DNA of 64,000 nucleotides from Candidatus Bathyarchaeota archaeon (GTDB lineage Archaea; Thermoproteota; Bathyarchaeia; Bathyarchaeales; Bathycorpusculaceae): NCBI GenBank assembly GCA_963833575.1, contig CAWHXY010000006.1, positions 96,001 to 160,000 of the forward strand, read 5' to 3'. Shown piece by piece: positions 33,886 to 42,403 of this stretch (position 1 is its first letter; each line of letters starts with the position of its first letter). The notes under the pieces were generated by a model. It saw only the letters and a program-made list of their open reading frames with translations, ran no database searches and was not told where the DNA came from. The position numbers and the translations under genes were made by a program.

Positions 33886-34215
33886 CTGGAGCATAGAATT
33901 AGAGTTTTTTGCCCTGCCTGTATCGATTTGATACCCGATTTTTGGCATGGATCTAGTCAGGATTGGTATAAAGCTCTCGAGGCCGTACATGGCCTTCCTT
34001 TCCCTCAGTGGTTACTTACTGCTTTGGAGCACGAATTTGAGCATGGTTACGACAGATCACACCTGACACAGATCAGCGATTCAGTCAAACACAAACGATA
34101 TCCAGCTAAGTTTCCATGGAGGCTTAAGCTGAAGGATCCAGGGGTTCCCGGGCCTGGAAAAGTCTTGCAGGCCGAAGGCCTGACCTCTGAGAGAAGAGAG
34201 GAGGGCTCTTTCTAG
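33886..34215 (+). CDS. E1 ORF2 hypothetical with CPAC knuckle
   Basis: GGAGG SD then CTG (start uncertain); C-terminal LQAEGLTSERREEGSF identical to E2 ORF2. Confidence 0.55.
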   Translation: MEHRIRVFCPACIDLIPDFWHGSSQDWYKALEAVHGLPFPQWLLTALEHEFEHGYDRSHLTQISDSVKHKRYPAKFPWRLKLKDPGVPGPGKVLQAEGLTSERREEGSF

Positions 34216-35190
34216 TTGGCAGCCAAATACATGCTGGAGCAAGAAGGCAGCTTCACTTTCATGAGGCCTGACTCGATCGAGTGCAGGATCGTAACCTGCA
34301 AACATTATGATGCCTGCAAAAGCGTTGGCGAAAAGTCGGGTATCCTGCCTAAAGCGAAGTCGATTTTAGAGGTTTTGGGCCTCGATTGGCAACTGCCAGG
34401 TCATGGCAAGGCCTATGATGATTGTGGATCCTGGAGGTACAGGGGTTGCTTAGACGTCTATTCTCACGTGCAGAATGAGCTGGATCAGAGCATCAAGGAA
34501 AAGATCTATGTTGAGTGGTATCATCGCAGCTGTGTGAGGGCCGAGTGTCCGATCTGCTATGAGAAGTGGGCTGGGAAGGAGGCTGCTAAGATCGAGCATC
34601 GTCTAAAGTACTTCTGGAAATATGGCAAGGTTATCCATGTGACCGTTTCACCGTCAGAAAAAGACGCTGTTAACATGCCTTTTGAGAAATTGATCGCAAA
34701 AATGTATCGGATAGCTAAACAGAGAGGTTTGAAAGGTGGTTCTTGTATTTGGCATCCCTGGAGAGAGCACGATAATGGATCATGGTATTTCTCGCCCCAT
34801 TTCCACGTTCTAGGCTTTGGATGGGTGCGAAACACTAAAGAGGGCTTTGAAAAGGATGGTTGGTTAGTGAAAAATATCCAGGATGGCAAGAAGGAAAGAT
34901 CAGTTTTCCGCACGGCCATGTATCAACTAAGCCATTGTGGGATCAGCAAAAATCATAGGCCAGTTACCTGGTTTGGAGTTTGCAGTCCAGCTGCTAAGGA
35001 AAAAGTCAACGTGCCTCCAATGGAGAAAGAGAAACACTTGTGTCCAGCTTGCGGAGCTGAGCTAGTACAACTTAGGTATTTTGGCTTGGAGGATCAGCTG
35101 CCAGATCGAGAGGAGAACGCATGTGCCTGGCTAGATCCTGGAGAGAACTGGGCAGAGTTCCAGCCCTCCAGGTATGGAGATGAAGGGTAA
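34216..35190 (+). CDS. HUH rolling-circle replication initiator, IS91-transposase/SNJ1 RepA-like
   Basis: Zn motif SCVRAECPIC, motif I HVTVSP, HUH PHFHVLG, motif III YQLSH, C-terminal CPACG. Confidence 0.85.
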   Translation: MAAKYMLEQEGSFTFMRPDSIECRIVTCKHYDACKSVGEKSGILPKAKSILEVLGLDWQLPGHGKAYDDCGSWRYRGCLDVYSHVQNELDQSIKEKIYVEWYHRSCVRAECPICYEKWAGKEAAKIEHRLKYFWKYGKVIHVTVSPSEKDAVNMPFEKLIAKMYRIAKQRGLKGGSCIWHPWREHDNGSWYFSPHFHVLGFGWVRNTKEGFEKDGWLVKNIQDGKKERSVFRTAMYQLSHCGISKNHRPVTWFGVCSPAAKEKVNVPPMEKEKHLCPACGAELVQLRYFGLEDQLPDREENACAWLDPGENWAEFQPSRYGDEG

Positions 35191-35351
35191 TGTTCAGAGT
35201 TCAGATTCGCCGAGGTAGTGGATCCAGGGCCAGGATCCAGATTAAGATCTGTGGTGATTGTGGTTTTTGGGTTGGCCGTTGCCTTTTAGGTGAGGGAAAC
35301 CGTTTTGCTGGATCTGAGTCATGTGGTAGATCTAAACCTAGGGAGCTGTGA
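35190..35351 (+). CDS. E1 53-aa Cys-rich protein (not in the ORF track)
   Basis: RARIQIKICGDCGFWVGRCLLGEGNRFAGSESC conserved with 51646-51804; TAATG overlap with Rep. Confidence 0.7.
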   Translation: MFRVQIRRGSGSRARIQIKICGDCGFWVGRCLLGEGNRFAGSESCGRSKPREL

Positions 35352-35355
35352 GATA

Positions 35356-35652
35356 GTGGCCAGGGCACATGATTGTATCTTAACAGTTACTATTAGAAAG
35401 AGGCTGTTGAAAGAGATCAGAGATAAGCGGTTGTTGTCGTTGAATTTTCTTGAGAGATTGAGAACTCAGGAAGCGGATCCTGTGGATCTCAGCTGCTTTA
35501 AGTGTAGCCGAAAGGTTAGAGGTGGCTCATGGATCCATGTGATCAGAAGCTCCTATAGAGTGCGAATCTATCATCTCAAGTGTTTTGAGGGATCCTTTGT
35601 TGATGCTCACAGAAGTAACTGTGATCAAGCTTCTGGGAGGGTTGAAAACTAA
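35356..35652 (+). CDS. E1 zinc-finger-like protein (98 aa)
   Basis: CFKC...YHLKC; homologous to 51804-52097; GTG start inferred from the homolog. Confidence 0.72.
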   Translation: MARAHDCILTVTIRKRLLKEIRDKRLLSLNFLERLRTQEADPVDLSCFKCSRKVRGGSWIHVIRSSYRVRIYHLKCFEGSFVDAHRSNCDQASGRVEN

Positions 35653-35653
35653 A

Positions 35654-35866
35654 ATGCCAAAAGGTGAAGGTACTGCTGGAGGCATCATGGAGATAATTAA
35701 GACTCCGTTGGGCATCATCATTTTGTTTATCATTATGTTGGTGCTAGCTGGCTTGAGTATTGCCTCAGCTATCTCAGGAGCCTTAACCGCTGCAGCTGTT
35801 AGCTCAGCTGGGTTGTTGGTTGTAGTTGTGCTCCTGGTAGTTGTCAAAGTATTAGGGAAATCTTAA
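35654..35866 (+). CDS. E1 70-aa two-helix hydrophobic protein, candidate virion/capsid protein
   Basis: GGAGG SD; MPKGEG..TPLGIIILFIIMLVLAGLSIASAISGALTAAAVSSAGLLVVVVLLVVVKVLGKS; same protein in E2 with synonymous changes only. The CDS is well supported; the capsid role is inference. Confidence 0.8.
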   Translation: MPKGEGTAGGIMEIIKTPLGIIILFIIMLVLAGLSIASAISGALTAAAVSSAGLLVVVVLLVVVKVLGKS

Positions 35867-36154
35867 GCAGAAAGGCTCAGAATTGAGCTTTATTTCCTCA
35901 TTCTCCCTCATTTTTCCGTTAATTAACATCTTTTAGGCTCCAGGAGAGGGGTTTTTGACTCTCTTAGGGTAGTCAGTTTTGATCAGAAATTGGCCAAGTT
36001 TCTTCAATCTTTTGCGTACGTGAGAAATTTGGGCCCCTTTATTATTATATTATGTATATTAGGTAATCACAAAAAAAATAAATATTAAAAAATGCTTAGT
36101 AGAATTCAATTTGGGGTTGAATGTTGAAATGGAGCTCAGTTTGGTGGTATCTAA

Positions 36155-36436
36155 GTGAGAGAGTACAGTAATGGCTTCTCTGTTAAGCTAACAGATGAGG
36201 AGCAAGCAAGCTATGAGAGAGTTCTCAGTTATTATAAGGCCGTTGATCCTTCTCGATCAAAAGCTTTCAGGTTGTTGCTGAGGGCGCTGGAGTTGGAGAT
36301 CTCCAGGCAATCTCAGAAGGCCTATTGGAGTAACACCGAGTTTGATCCTCCCAGGGCTGAACCAAGCCATGACGTAACAATCAGTTCTGAGGAGGAGTTC
36401 CTGGAGAGAGAAGCAAAGGACACCTGGACTGAGTAG
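36155..36436 (+). CDS. E1 ribbon-helix-helix-like regulator
   Basis: FSVKLTDEE beta-alpha and SRSKAFRLLL second helix; identical in E2. Confidence 0.65.
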   Translation: MREYSNGFSVKLTDEEQASYERVLSYYKAVDPSRSKAFRLLLRALELEISRQSQKAYWSNTEFDPPRAEPSHDVTISSEEEFLEREAKDTWTE

Positions 36437-36605
36437 GGCAAAAGTAATATCCATAAAGGCGTTATTATTGATCAAGCAGCTGAGGCCAGCTGCATGGCTC
36501 CAGGAGGATTTAAGATCTTGAAACCGTCTTTTTCTTCCTTTTGGAGCCATCCAATTTTAACTATTTTTGTCAATTGTGAAATAGGTCTAAAATCGGACAT
36601 AGTGG

Positions 36606-36686
36606 GTAAAAAGTAATATCCGTTTGATGGGCTTTTGTGTCCATTTTGTTTATAAGTAAAAAGTAATATCCGTTTCATGGACTTTT
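36606..36686. repeat. E1 31-bp direct repeat x2 (50-bp period) upstream of the integrase, plus a partial copy at 36440-36452
   Basis: GTAAAAAGTAATATCCGTTT(G/C)ATGG(G/A)CTTTT at 36606 and 36656. Confidence 0.85.
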
Positions 36687-36749
36687 CTAAAAACTGTAGA
36701 TGTTAAAAGCCTTGACTTTGAATAGTCCATCAAGGCTTCAAGATCTAAA

Positions 36750-37925
36750 ATGAGTGCTGATTTAGCTCAAATTTCAAGTTCAAGTAACAAAACCAGCTCA
36801 GCTCCTCAGTGTCCTAAGTGTGGTTTTCGTGTAGTTCTTGATGGCCATCGTTACTCCTGGGGCCAGGATATCCAGCTTTTCAAGTGCAAAAATAAGTCTT
36901 GTCGTTATAGGTTCTCAAACGGACATAGTAGTTCAAAAACTAATCCAAAGATAGTTAGATCTAACCAATTAGGCGTCAGATTAGAGGCGAAAAAATTGGT
37001 TTCTGCAACAGAAATAAAGACTGTTGTGGGAGATAAAAATGACAATCTGATCACGTACGCATGGCATGAGAAGAAACGTGGAATAGCTGATACAACCATC
37101 ACACATAGAGTTTTCCGTTTGACTGTTCTTATGAACAGAGGTGCTAACTTAGATGATCCAGAGAGCTTTCTATCGGTTTTGATGACTGAAAATTTTTCAG
37201 AGTCCTCAAAATTCCAGTATTTGCAAGCTTACCTGAGCTACGCCAAAGCGTTCAAAATTCCTTTTGAGAAGCCAAAAATCCACTATGAACCGAAAGTCCA
37301 GTACACGCCAAAGCCCTATGAGGTAGCAATCTTAATTCAAAATCTTGGTAAACAACAGAGAGCTTTAGTTCAAACGATGGCGACTACAGGTGCGAGAATT
37401 GGAGAAATGGCCAGGTTAGAATGGAGTGAAATAGATTCAGTAGGACAGATAGTGTATATCAACCATCCAGAGAAGGGCAGCAGAGCTAGAAAAATCCATG
37501 TGCCTGAGCAAACCATCAAATTCCTAGAAGGATTGCCAAAAACCTATGATCCTTACGTTTTCAACCCAAATAAGCGAACCTTACAAGCTACCTATGCCAG
37601 ATCCAGAGACTCTATCGCTAAAAGGCTTGATATGCCGATCCTCAAAAAAATCCATCATCACTCTTTCCGTCGATATTTTGCAGATCAGACCTACAAAAAA
37701 ACCCAATTTAACATCCGAAAAACACAGCTGCGAATGGGCCATAAACGATTGAGCTCTACAGAGAAATACTTTGACGATTTTGACGATGAAAACGTCACTT
37801 TTGAAACAGCTAGAGCTTACACAGTAGAGGACGCAGAGGAGCTGAGGCAACTGGGCTATGAGCTATATGATACTGGAATAGACGAGAACGGCAAAGCTGT
37901 GAAGTTGTACAGTAGGATGGCTTAG
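36750..37925 (+). CDS. E1 tyrosine recombinase/integrase with N-terminal zinc ribbon
   Basis: CPKC..C..C ribbon; TGARIGE, HPEKG, HSFRR, MGHK..STEKY catalytic residues. Confidence 0.92.
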   Translation: MSADLAQISSSSNKTSSAPQCPKCGFRVVLDGHRYSWGQDIQLFKCKNKSCRYRFSNGHSSSKTNPKIVRSNQLGVRLEAKKLVSATEIKTVVGDKNDNLITYAWHEKKRGIADTTITHRVFRLTVLMNRGANLDDPESFLSVLMTENFSESSKFQYLQAYLSYAKAFKIPFEKPKIHYEPKVQYTPKPYEVAILIQNLGKQQRALVQTMATTGARIGEMARLEWSEIDSVGQIVYINHPEKGSRARKIHVPEQTIKFLEGLPKTYDPYVFNPNKRTLQATYARSRDSIAKRLDMPILKKIHHHSFRRYFADQTYKKTQFNIRKTQLRMGHKRLSSTEKYFDDFDDENVTFETARAYTVEDAEELRQLGYELYDTGIDENGKAVKLYSRMA

Positions 37926-37955
37926 ACATGGTAATAGCGAAAAAAACGTACATTC

Positions 37956-38397
37956 AAAGCTGGTACCCCGCTTGAATAGCGGCGTTATCAACTTTTGCAG
38001 CCATTTTACTATTGTAAGTTAATTCGTTGATCTTTTCTTCAGAAAAACCGAATTTTGTGCCAGCCACTGCTAAGTCGTTTGGCGTTTTCTTTGAGGTTTT
38101 TCCTTTTCCGCCGCAGACCGCTATGCCGTGCTCTTTTGGTGATAGAGCGCTTTTGAGGATGCCTGTGACGACTGTTGTTACTCCTGAGCTGTGCCAATCG
38201 TAAGCTAAAACGCAGCCGAATGCTTGAAACCAATACGGGTCCGATAAACGTTGCATGAATTTGGATGTGCCCTGCTCTTCAATCATGATGTTTGCTATTT
38301 CTTTGGCTAATTTGCGCATTCGCACAGTTAGCCATGAAGGAGCTTTTCCGCCATGAAGAGGCAGGTTTGCAACGCCCGTTCTATACATTACTTTCAC
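37956..38397 (-). pseudogene. DUF763 protein, 5' part (interrupted by E1)
   Basis: RTG.A.LPLH.G..P.WL, SDPYWFQAFGCV..DWHSSG.TT, GGKG, AKVDNAAIQAGYQL then TGA at the junction. Confidence 0.92.
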
Positions 38398-38689
38398 TAT
38401 CAGTATTCGCTCAAAGAATAATGAGGCATCCTGTTTTGAATGTTATTGAAACATTTACGGCAGTTTTCAACTATACAGAATGGAAAATGCAGGCTCACAG
38501 ATTTGAATAATTATCTGTAGGACGTAGATACGACTGCTTTAGCATCTAATTGTTAAATTCCACAGTTCTCTTGTTTGTACAATGCCTCATTTGTTTAAAC
38601 CCAATTGGTTATGTGTACAACTGTAGTTTCAGGTATCATTTAGAAAGGTTATGTCGATGTTTTGCCTATTAGTGTTTGAGCGATGAATA

Positions 38690-38872
38690 TTGACAGTTAA
38701 TATGTACCATAGCAAGGTATTGTGCGGCCATGAAGCGGTCGACGCATTAGACAAATATATCCGAAAACTTGAAAAACGCAAAGTTAAAGGTTTAACCGAA
38801 AAACAAGCTTATGCCCTAATCAAAACAGCAAAAGTACTGCGAACTGAAATTATCCGATCCAAAGACAACTAA
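38690..38872 (+). CDS. Small hypothetical protein
   Basis: 60-aa ORF with helical K/L-rich composition. Confidence 0.4.
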   Translation: MTVNMYHSKVLCGHEAVDALDKYIRKLEKRKVKGLTEKQAYALIKTAKVLRTEIIRSKDN

Positions 38873-39075
38873 AAAACAAGAAACTCAACCTACAACTACT
38901 GGAATACATCTCTTGGCTAATCCTGTTTCGAATTCTATTCAACATAGACTTCTGCGTCCATAAACACTTACGTTTAGAAATTGACTCGGTTAGGATAACT
39001 TCAGTTCTCACAATTCGAAATTTTGTTACCCACATATACAGAAAAACAACTTTGAAGGTCTTGCAACGTATTCGG

Positions 39076-39513
39076 CTATTTATCGATTAGAGGATCTTGG
39101 AATGTTAAGCTCGTGTTTTTCCAAGTTATTTTTTGCAGTTTTAATAGTTCTTTGTCATGAGTATAAATAATCGGTGTTTGGTTTGCTAAAAAAGTTGCAA
39201 CTATTAAGGAATCTCTTCCACCAAGCTTGTGCTGCACACATAAAGTGAGGGCTATGGTGCTTGTTTTTCTCGTCTGATTAAAGAATTCTATGTACGGATG
39301 TTTAAGAAGCATTTTCAATTCTTTAGCGGCTTCTTCTGGAACCCATTTCTGGCTAAAAACCAATACGTGATATGTTTCGTGAAGCGTGGTCGGATTTAAA
39401 GCAACCTTATTTTCAGGAGATAGACTGAGGAACAAATCCCCGAGTTTTTCGTTTTCAGGGTACTCTTCATCCAGAGCGTAACATATAATGTTAGCGTCTA
39501 AACCCACAATCAT
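39076..39513 (-). CDS. vapC: PIN-domain toxin
   Basis: LDANII, LHE, DSLIVAT, THD motifs. Confidence 0.88.
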   Translation of the reverse strand: MIVGLDANIICYALDEEYPENEKLGDLFLSLSPENKVALNPTTLHETYHVLVFSQKWVPEEAAKELKMLLKHPYIEFFNQTRKTSTIALTLCVQHKLGGRDSLIVATFLANQTPIIYTHDKELLKLQKITWKNTSLTFQDPLIDK

Positions 39514-39767
39514 TCGGTTTTGCTCCAGATAGACTTCATTTTCTCAGGCGACCAACATTCAGGTTTTCCTGTTCTGCGATGTTTGGAAATGATCACTTTT
39601 TTGAATTCAGCTAGAAAATCTTCACGTTTGCCGGCAACGATGAGGTAACCTTCGGGAGTTTTCTTTAATGTGACGTTATCGCCGATTTCTTCTCTTATTT
39701 CTGCAGGAATACAGAATCTGCCTTTTGAGTCTATCTTGACATTGACCTGCTCTTCCATCTTTCCCAC
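39510..39767 (-). CDS. vapB: AbrB/MazE-family antitoxin
   Basis: KIDSKGRFCIPAEIR signature. Confidence 0.88.
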   Translation of the reverse strand: MGKMEEQVNVKIDSKGRFCIPAEIREEIGDNVTLKKTPEGYLIVAGKREDFLAEFKKVIISKHRRTGKPECWSPEKMKSIWSKTE

Positions 39768-39782
39768 TACTGTTAAGTGGGA
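39762..39782 (-). promoter_or_regulatory. Inverted repeat operator at the antitoxin start
   Basis: TCCCACT-N7-AGTGGGA. Confidence 0.55.
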
Positions 39783-39910
39783 CAGACAGACTATTAAAAC
39801 TTGCTAAAAAGGTTGGCTTTTTCAGGTTATTAATGGCATTTCTTAACGTTCTATTCCCTGATTTACCGAACTTTGCTTGAGCAAGATTACCGGGACTAAT
39901 GGTTAGCTAG

Positions 39911-40885
39911 TTAATGAAGTTCTATGATTCCGGCAACTCGGAGCTTTGCACCCTCAAGATACATGAGCACTGCTGTATCATTTGGACGGTAAACTAGTGG
40001 CTTTTCAAAACTTAAAGTTAAAGCTGGCTTTTTCGGATCGCCACCTTCAACAATGGCTTCGATTTTAACAGTTATGAATTGCGTCCAATGGCCAACATGC
40101 ATGACCATACCCGGTTTTATCGGCATCTGCCAATACTTAACTATAGAAGCATGCGTTTCCATTTTGGAAGCAGTCTTGATTGAAGAATCGTTTGTTAAAA
40201 CGGTGCCGCGGTCCAAATCTTCTACATCAACGTTTTTAAGCGCAAGTCCAACTCGATCACCTTCACCTGCAACGTCAAATTCGTCGTCATGCTTTTGGAT
40301 AGACCGAACTTGAGCCGCTTTTCCTCCTGGAAAAACATTCAGTGAAGCATGTTTCTGGATTAACCCATTTGTAACTACGCCCAAGACAACTACCCCAACA
40401 CCTTTAACATTGAAGGCGTGGTCGACTGGAACCGTTCCAAACGCTGCGACCGCTCCCACAGGTATTTCGGCTGGTTTCTGATTTGCGGCTTCTGTCAACA
40501 GTCTTTCTCTCAAAACCGTTGGGTCATCTGACAGGAATTCGTATTTTTCTAGGTTTGTTCCTTTTATGAGAGGTCCAATTTTTTCTTTGGGAATATAATT
40601 TCGCAAAATAAAGTAGCCTTTCTGAATGTTTGCGGATTGAAGCATTACTAAGCATTCACCAAAAGTGGCATCGATTTGGTCCACGACAACCACGGCTTCT
40701 TTCGATAGGGAGACTGTGTAAAAGAGAGGAGCTAACCTTTCAGGGTAGCGTTCGGGTTCAATCAAAGTGACTGTGTCTTCGCCTTTCTTGATATTGTAAA
40801 ATGTGATGTCGGTGGATGTACCTTTCTTGCCAAGACCTGCGCTATACCCTAATACGCCGATTACGGCGACTGTAATATTCCCCAT
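39911..40885 (-). CDS. EF-Tu/SelB-like protein with a degenerate GTPase domain
   Basis: GKKGTSTDI, VDHAFNVKGVG.V.LG, RSIQ.HD, G.RVGLALKN domain II motifs; no GxxxxGKT. Confidence 0.8.
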   Translation of the reverse strand: MGNITVAVIGVLGYSAGLGKKGTSTDITFYNIKKGEDTVTLIEPERYPERLAPLFYTVSLSKEAVVVVDQIDATFGECLVMLQSANIQKGYFILRNYIPKEKIGPLIKGTNLEKYEFLSDDPTVLRERLLTEAANQKPAEIPVGAVAAFGTVPVDHAFNVKGVGVVVLGVVTNGLIQKHASLNVFPGGKAAQVRSIQKHDDEFDVAGEGDRVGLALKNVDVEDLDRGTVLTNDSSIKTASKMETHASIVKYWQMPIKPGMVMHVGHWTQFITVKIEAIVEGGDPKKPALTLSFEKPLVYRPNDTAVLMYLEGAKLRVAGIIELH

Positions 40886-41134
40886 ATTATCAACCTGTGA
40901 ATTACCGCATTTTCTAATCTCGCCCTAAAGATAAGCATTATGAAAAAGTCAATCAGTTTCCTGATGCAAACATTGCTGTGCTCAATGGCATGTACGAAAG
41001 GTTCTTAAGGTATTGGGTATTTCTCCTAACGGAAATAGAGTTAAAATTTACAGCAAAACACAAACTTAACCTCAAAAGATGAGTTTGTGTGTAGCTGAAA
41101 AGGTTAAAATAGTCCGATGAAGAGGTGAAATGGT

Positions 41135-41458
41135 ATGGAAAATATTTACGCAGCGATGCTCCTTCACAAGGCAGGAAAAGAAATAAACGAAGAATCAGTA
41201 ACAAAAGTTCTCAGCGCAGCAGGACTCACAGTTGACCCAGTACAAGTAAAAGCACTTGTAGCATCACTCAGCGAAGTAAACATTGATGAAGCAATCAAAG
41301 CAGCACCAACAATGATGGCAGCAGCCCCAGTAGCAGCTCCAGCAGGCGGCGCAGCAGCACCAGCAGCAGCACCACCAGAAGACAAGAAGAAGAAAGCTGA
41401 AGAAGAAAAAGCCAAGGAAGAAGCAGCACTAGAAGGATTAGGCGCCCTATTCGGGTAA
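41135..41458 (+). CDS. rpl12: 50S ribosomal stalk protein L12 (aP1)
   Basis: [11 protein letters not shown], Ala/Pro hinge, C-terminal GLGALFG. Confidence 0.96.
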   Translation: MENIYAAMLLHKAGKEINEESVTKVLSAAGLTVDPVQVKALVASLSEVNIDEAIKAAPTMMAAAPVAAPAGGAAAPAAAPPEDKKKKAEEEKAKEEAALEGLGALFG

Positions 41459-41836
41459 ATCAGCCTCAACTTTTATTTTTATACCATTTTTCCAACAATA
41501 TTTTATTTAGCATTTAATATTATTTGCTCTTGTTATGTTTTTTTGGTCTAATGCCTTGAATAACAACCAGTAATACAGAATTAAGGGACAAATGTTATGA
41601 AATTCTTGTTGATTTCATTTTTTTGAACATGTACTACGGTAAAATCTTATGGGCAGGCATTGCTTGTATGCCAGTATGAAAAAAATCTGGCAGTGAGTCT
41701 ATTTTGTTTTGGTTATCGATTTCTACTTTCATATATCCCTCCAATGTCTCCGCCGTACGTTTCTTCGTTTTCTTTTTAAGTAGATTAGCCATTTTGTAGA
41801 TTTAGTAAACGGGGAATCATGAAAGGAAGGTAACAC

Positions 41837-42403
41837 ATGAAGCAGGCTAAACTGTTTGGGTTAGAAGATGAACCTAAAGTTTCGATTTCGCTTGAATACA
41901 AAAAGGCAGAAGCAATCGCCAAGCAAGTGGAGGCATTAATTAAGCCCTTATGTGACAATGTTAAAATTGTAGGAAGCATCAGACGAAGAAAGCCAGAAGT
42001 TGGCGACTGTGACTTTGTTGTAATAGCGACAGATACTAATTGGGCTAAAATTATTCAAACTCTAAAAAAATCAAAAGTAATTTGTTCGGGACCAAGCCTG
42101 ATAAAACTTAACTATCCAGCTGAAGACTGTCTTTTTCAAGTTGATTTTTACCGGGCAACAACGCAAACTTTTGGCATACAAGAGCTAATACGCACTGGAT
42201 CAGCTGACCATAACATGTGGCTTGCAGGCTACGCCATATCAAAAGGATATAGACTAAAATATAGTTCTGGATTAATCAAAGACAACATGGTAATGGCCGG
42301 AGAAACTGAGGAAAGCGTTTTTTCAGCCCTAAATTTACCCTGCCCTTCACCATCAATGCGAGAAGTGCTAGATCAAAAACCTATTTGGTTAACAAATCAC
42401 TAA
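41837..42403 (+). CDS. Minimal family X DNA polymerase (palm + thumb only)
   Basis: GSIRR.K..GD.D, QVD, TGS..HN, EE.VF..L.L. Confidence 0.82.
   Translation: MKQAKLFGLEDEPKVSISLEYKKAEAIAKQVEALIKPLCDNVKIVGSIRRRKPEVGDCDFVVIATDTNWAKIIQTLKKSKVICSGPSLIKLNYPAEDCLFQVDFYRATTQTFGIQELIRTGSADHNMWLAGYAISKGYRLKYSSGLIKDNMVMAGETEESVFSALNLPCPSPSMREVLDQKPIWLTNH

Larger units (their letters stand above)
33638..37961 (+). mobile_element. Integrated rolling-circle element E1 (4318 bp), plasmid/virus-like
   Basis: 6-bp direct repeats AAAGCT at 33638-33643 and 37956-37961; excision restores DUF763 GYQLYHH; HUH Rep and tyrosine integrase inside; colinear with E2. Confidence 0.93.

Noticed and set aside
34216-35190. 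Elements as IS91-like transposons moved by the HUH protein
   Set aside because: Ends are direct repeats next to a tyrosine integrase and differ with the integrase, which fits site-specific integration; IS91 makes no target duplication
33640-35190. Stop-codon readthrough fusing E1 ORF1, ORF2 and Rep (all in one frame)
   Set aside because: In E2 ORF1 is in another frame and the stop before Rep is TAA rather than TAG; SD-like motifs precede each ORF
35290-35653. ORF-track starts at 35290 and 35585 (and 52030, 53145)
   Set aside because: Comparison of the two elements and SD positions supports starts at 35356, 35654, 52099 and 53196
39911-40885. True SelB / selenocysteine system
   Set aside because: No P-loop, and no tRNA-Sec, selD or SECIS-like context in the window
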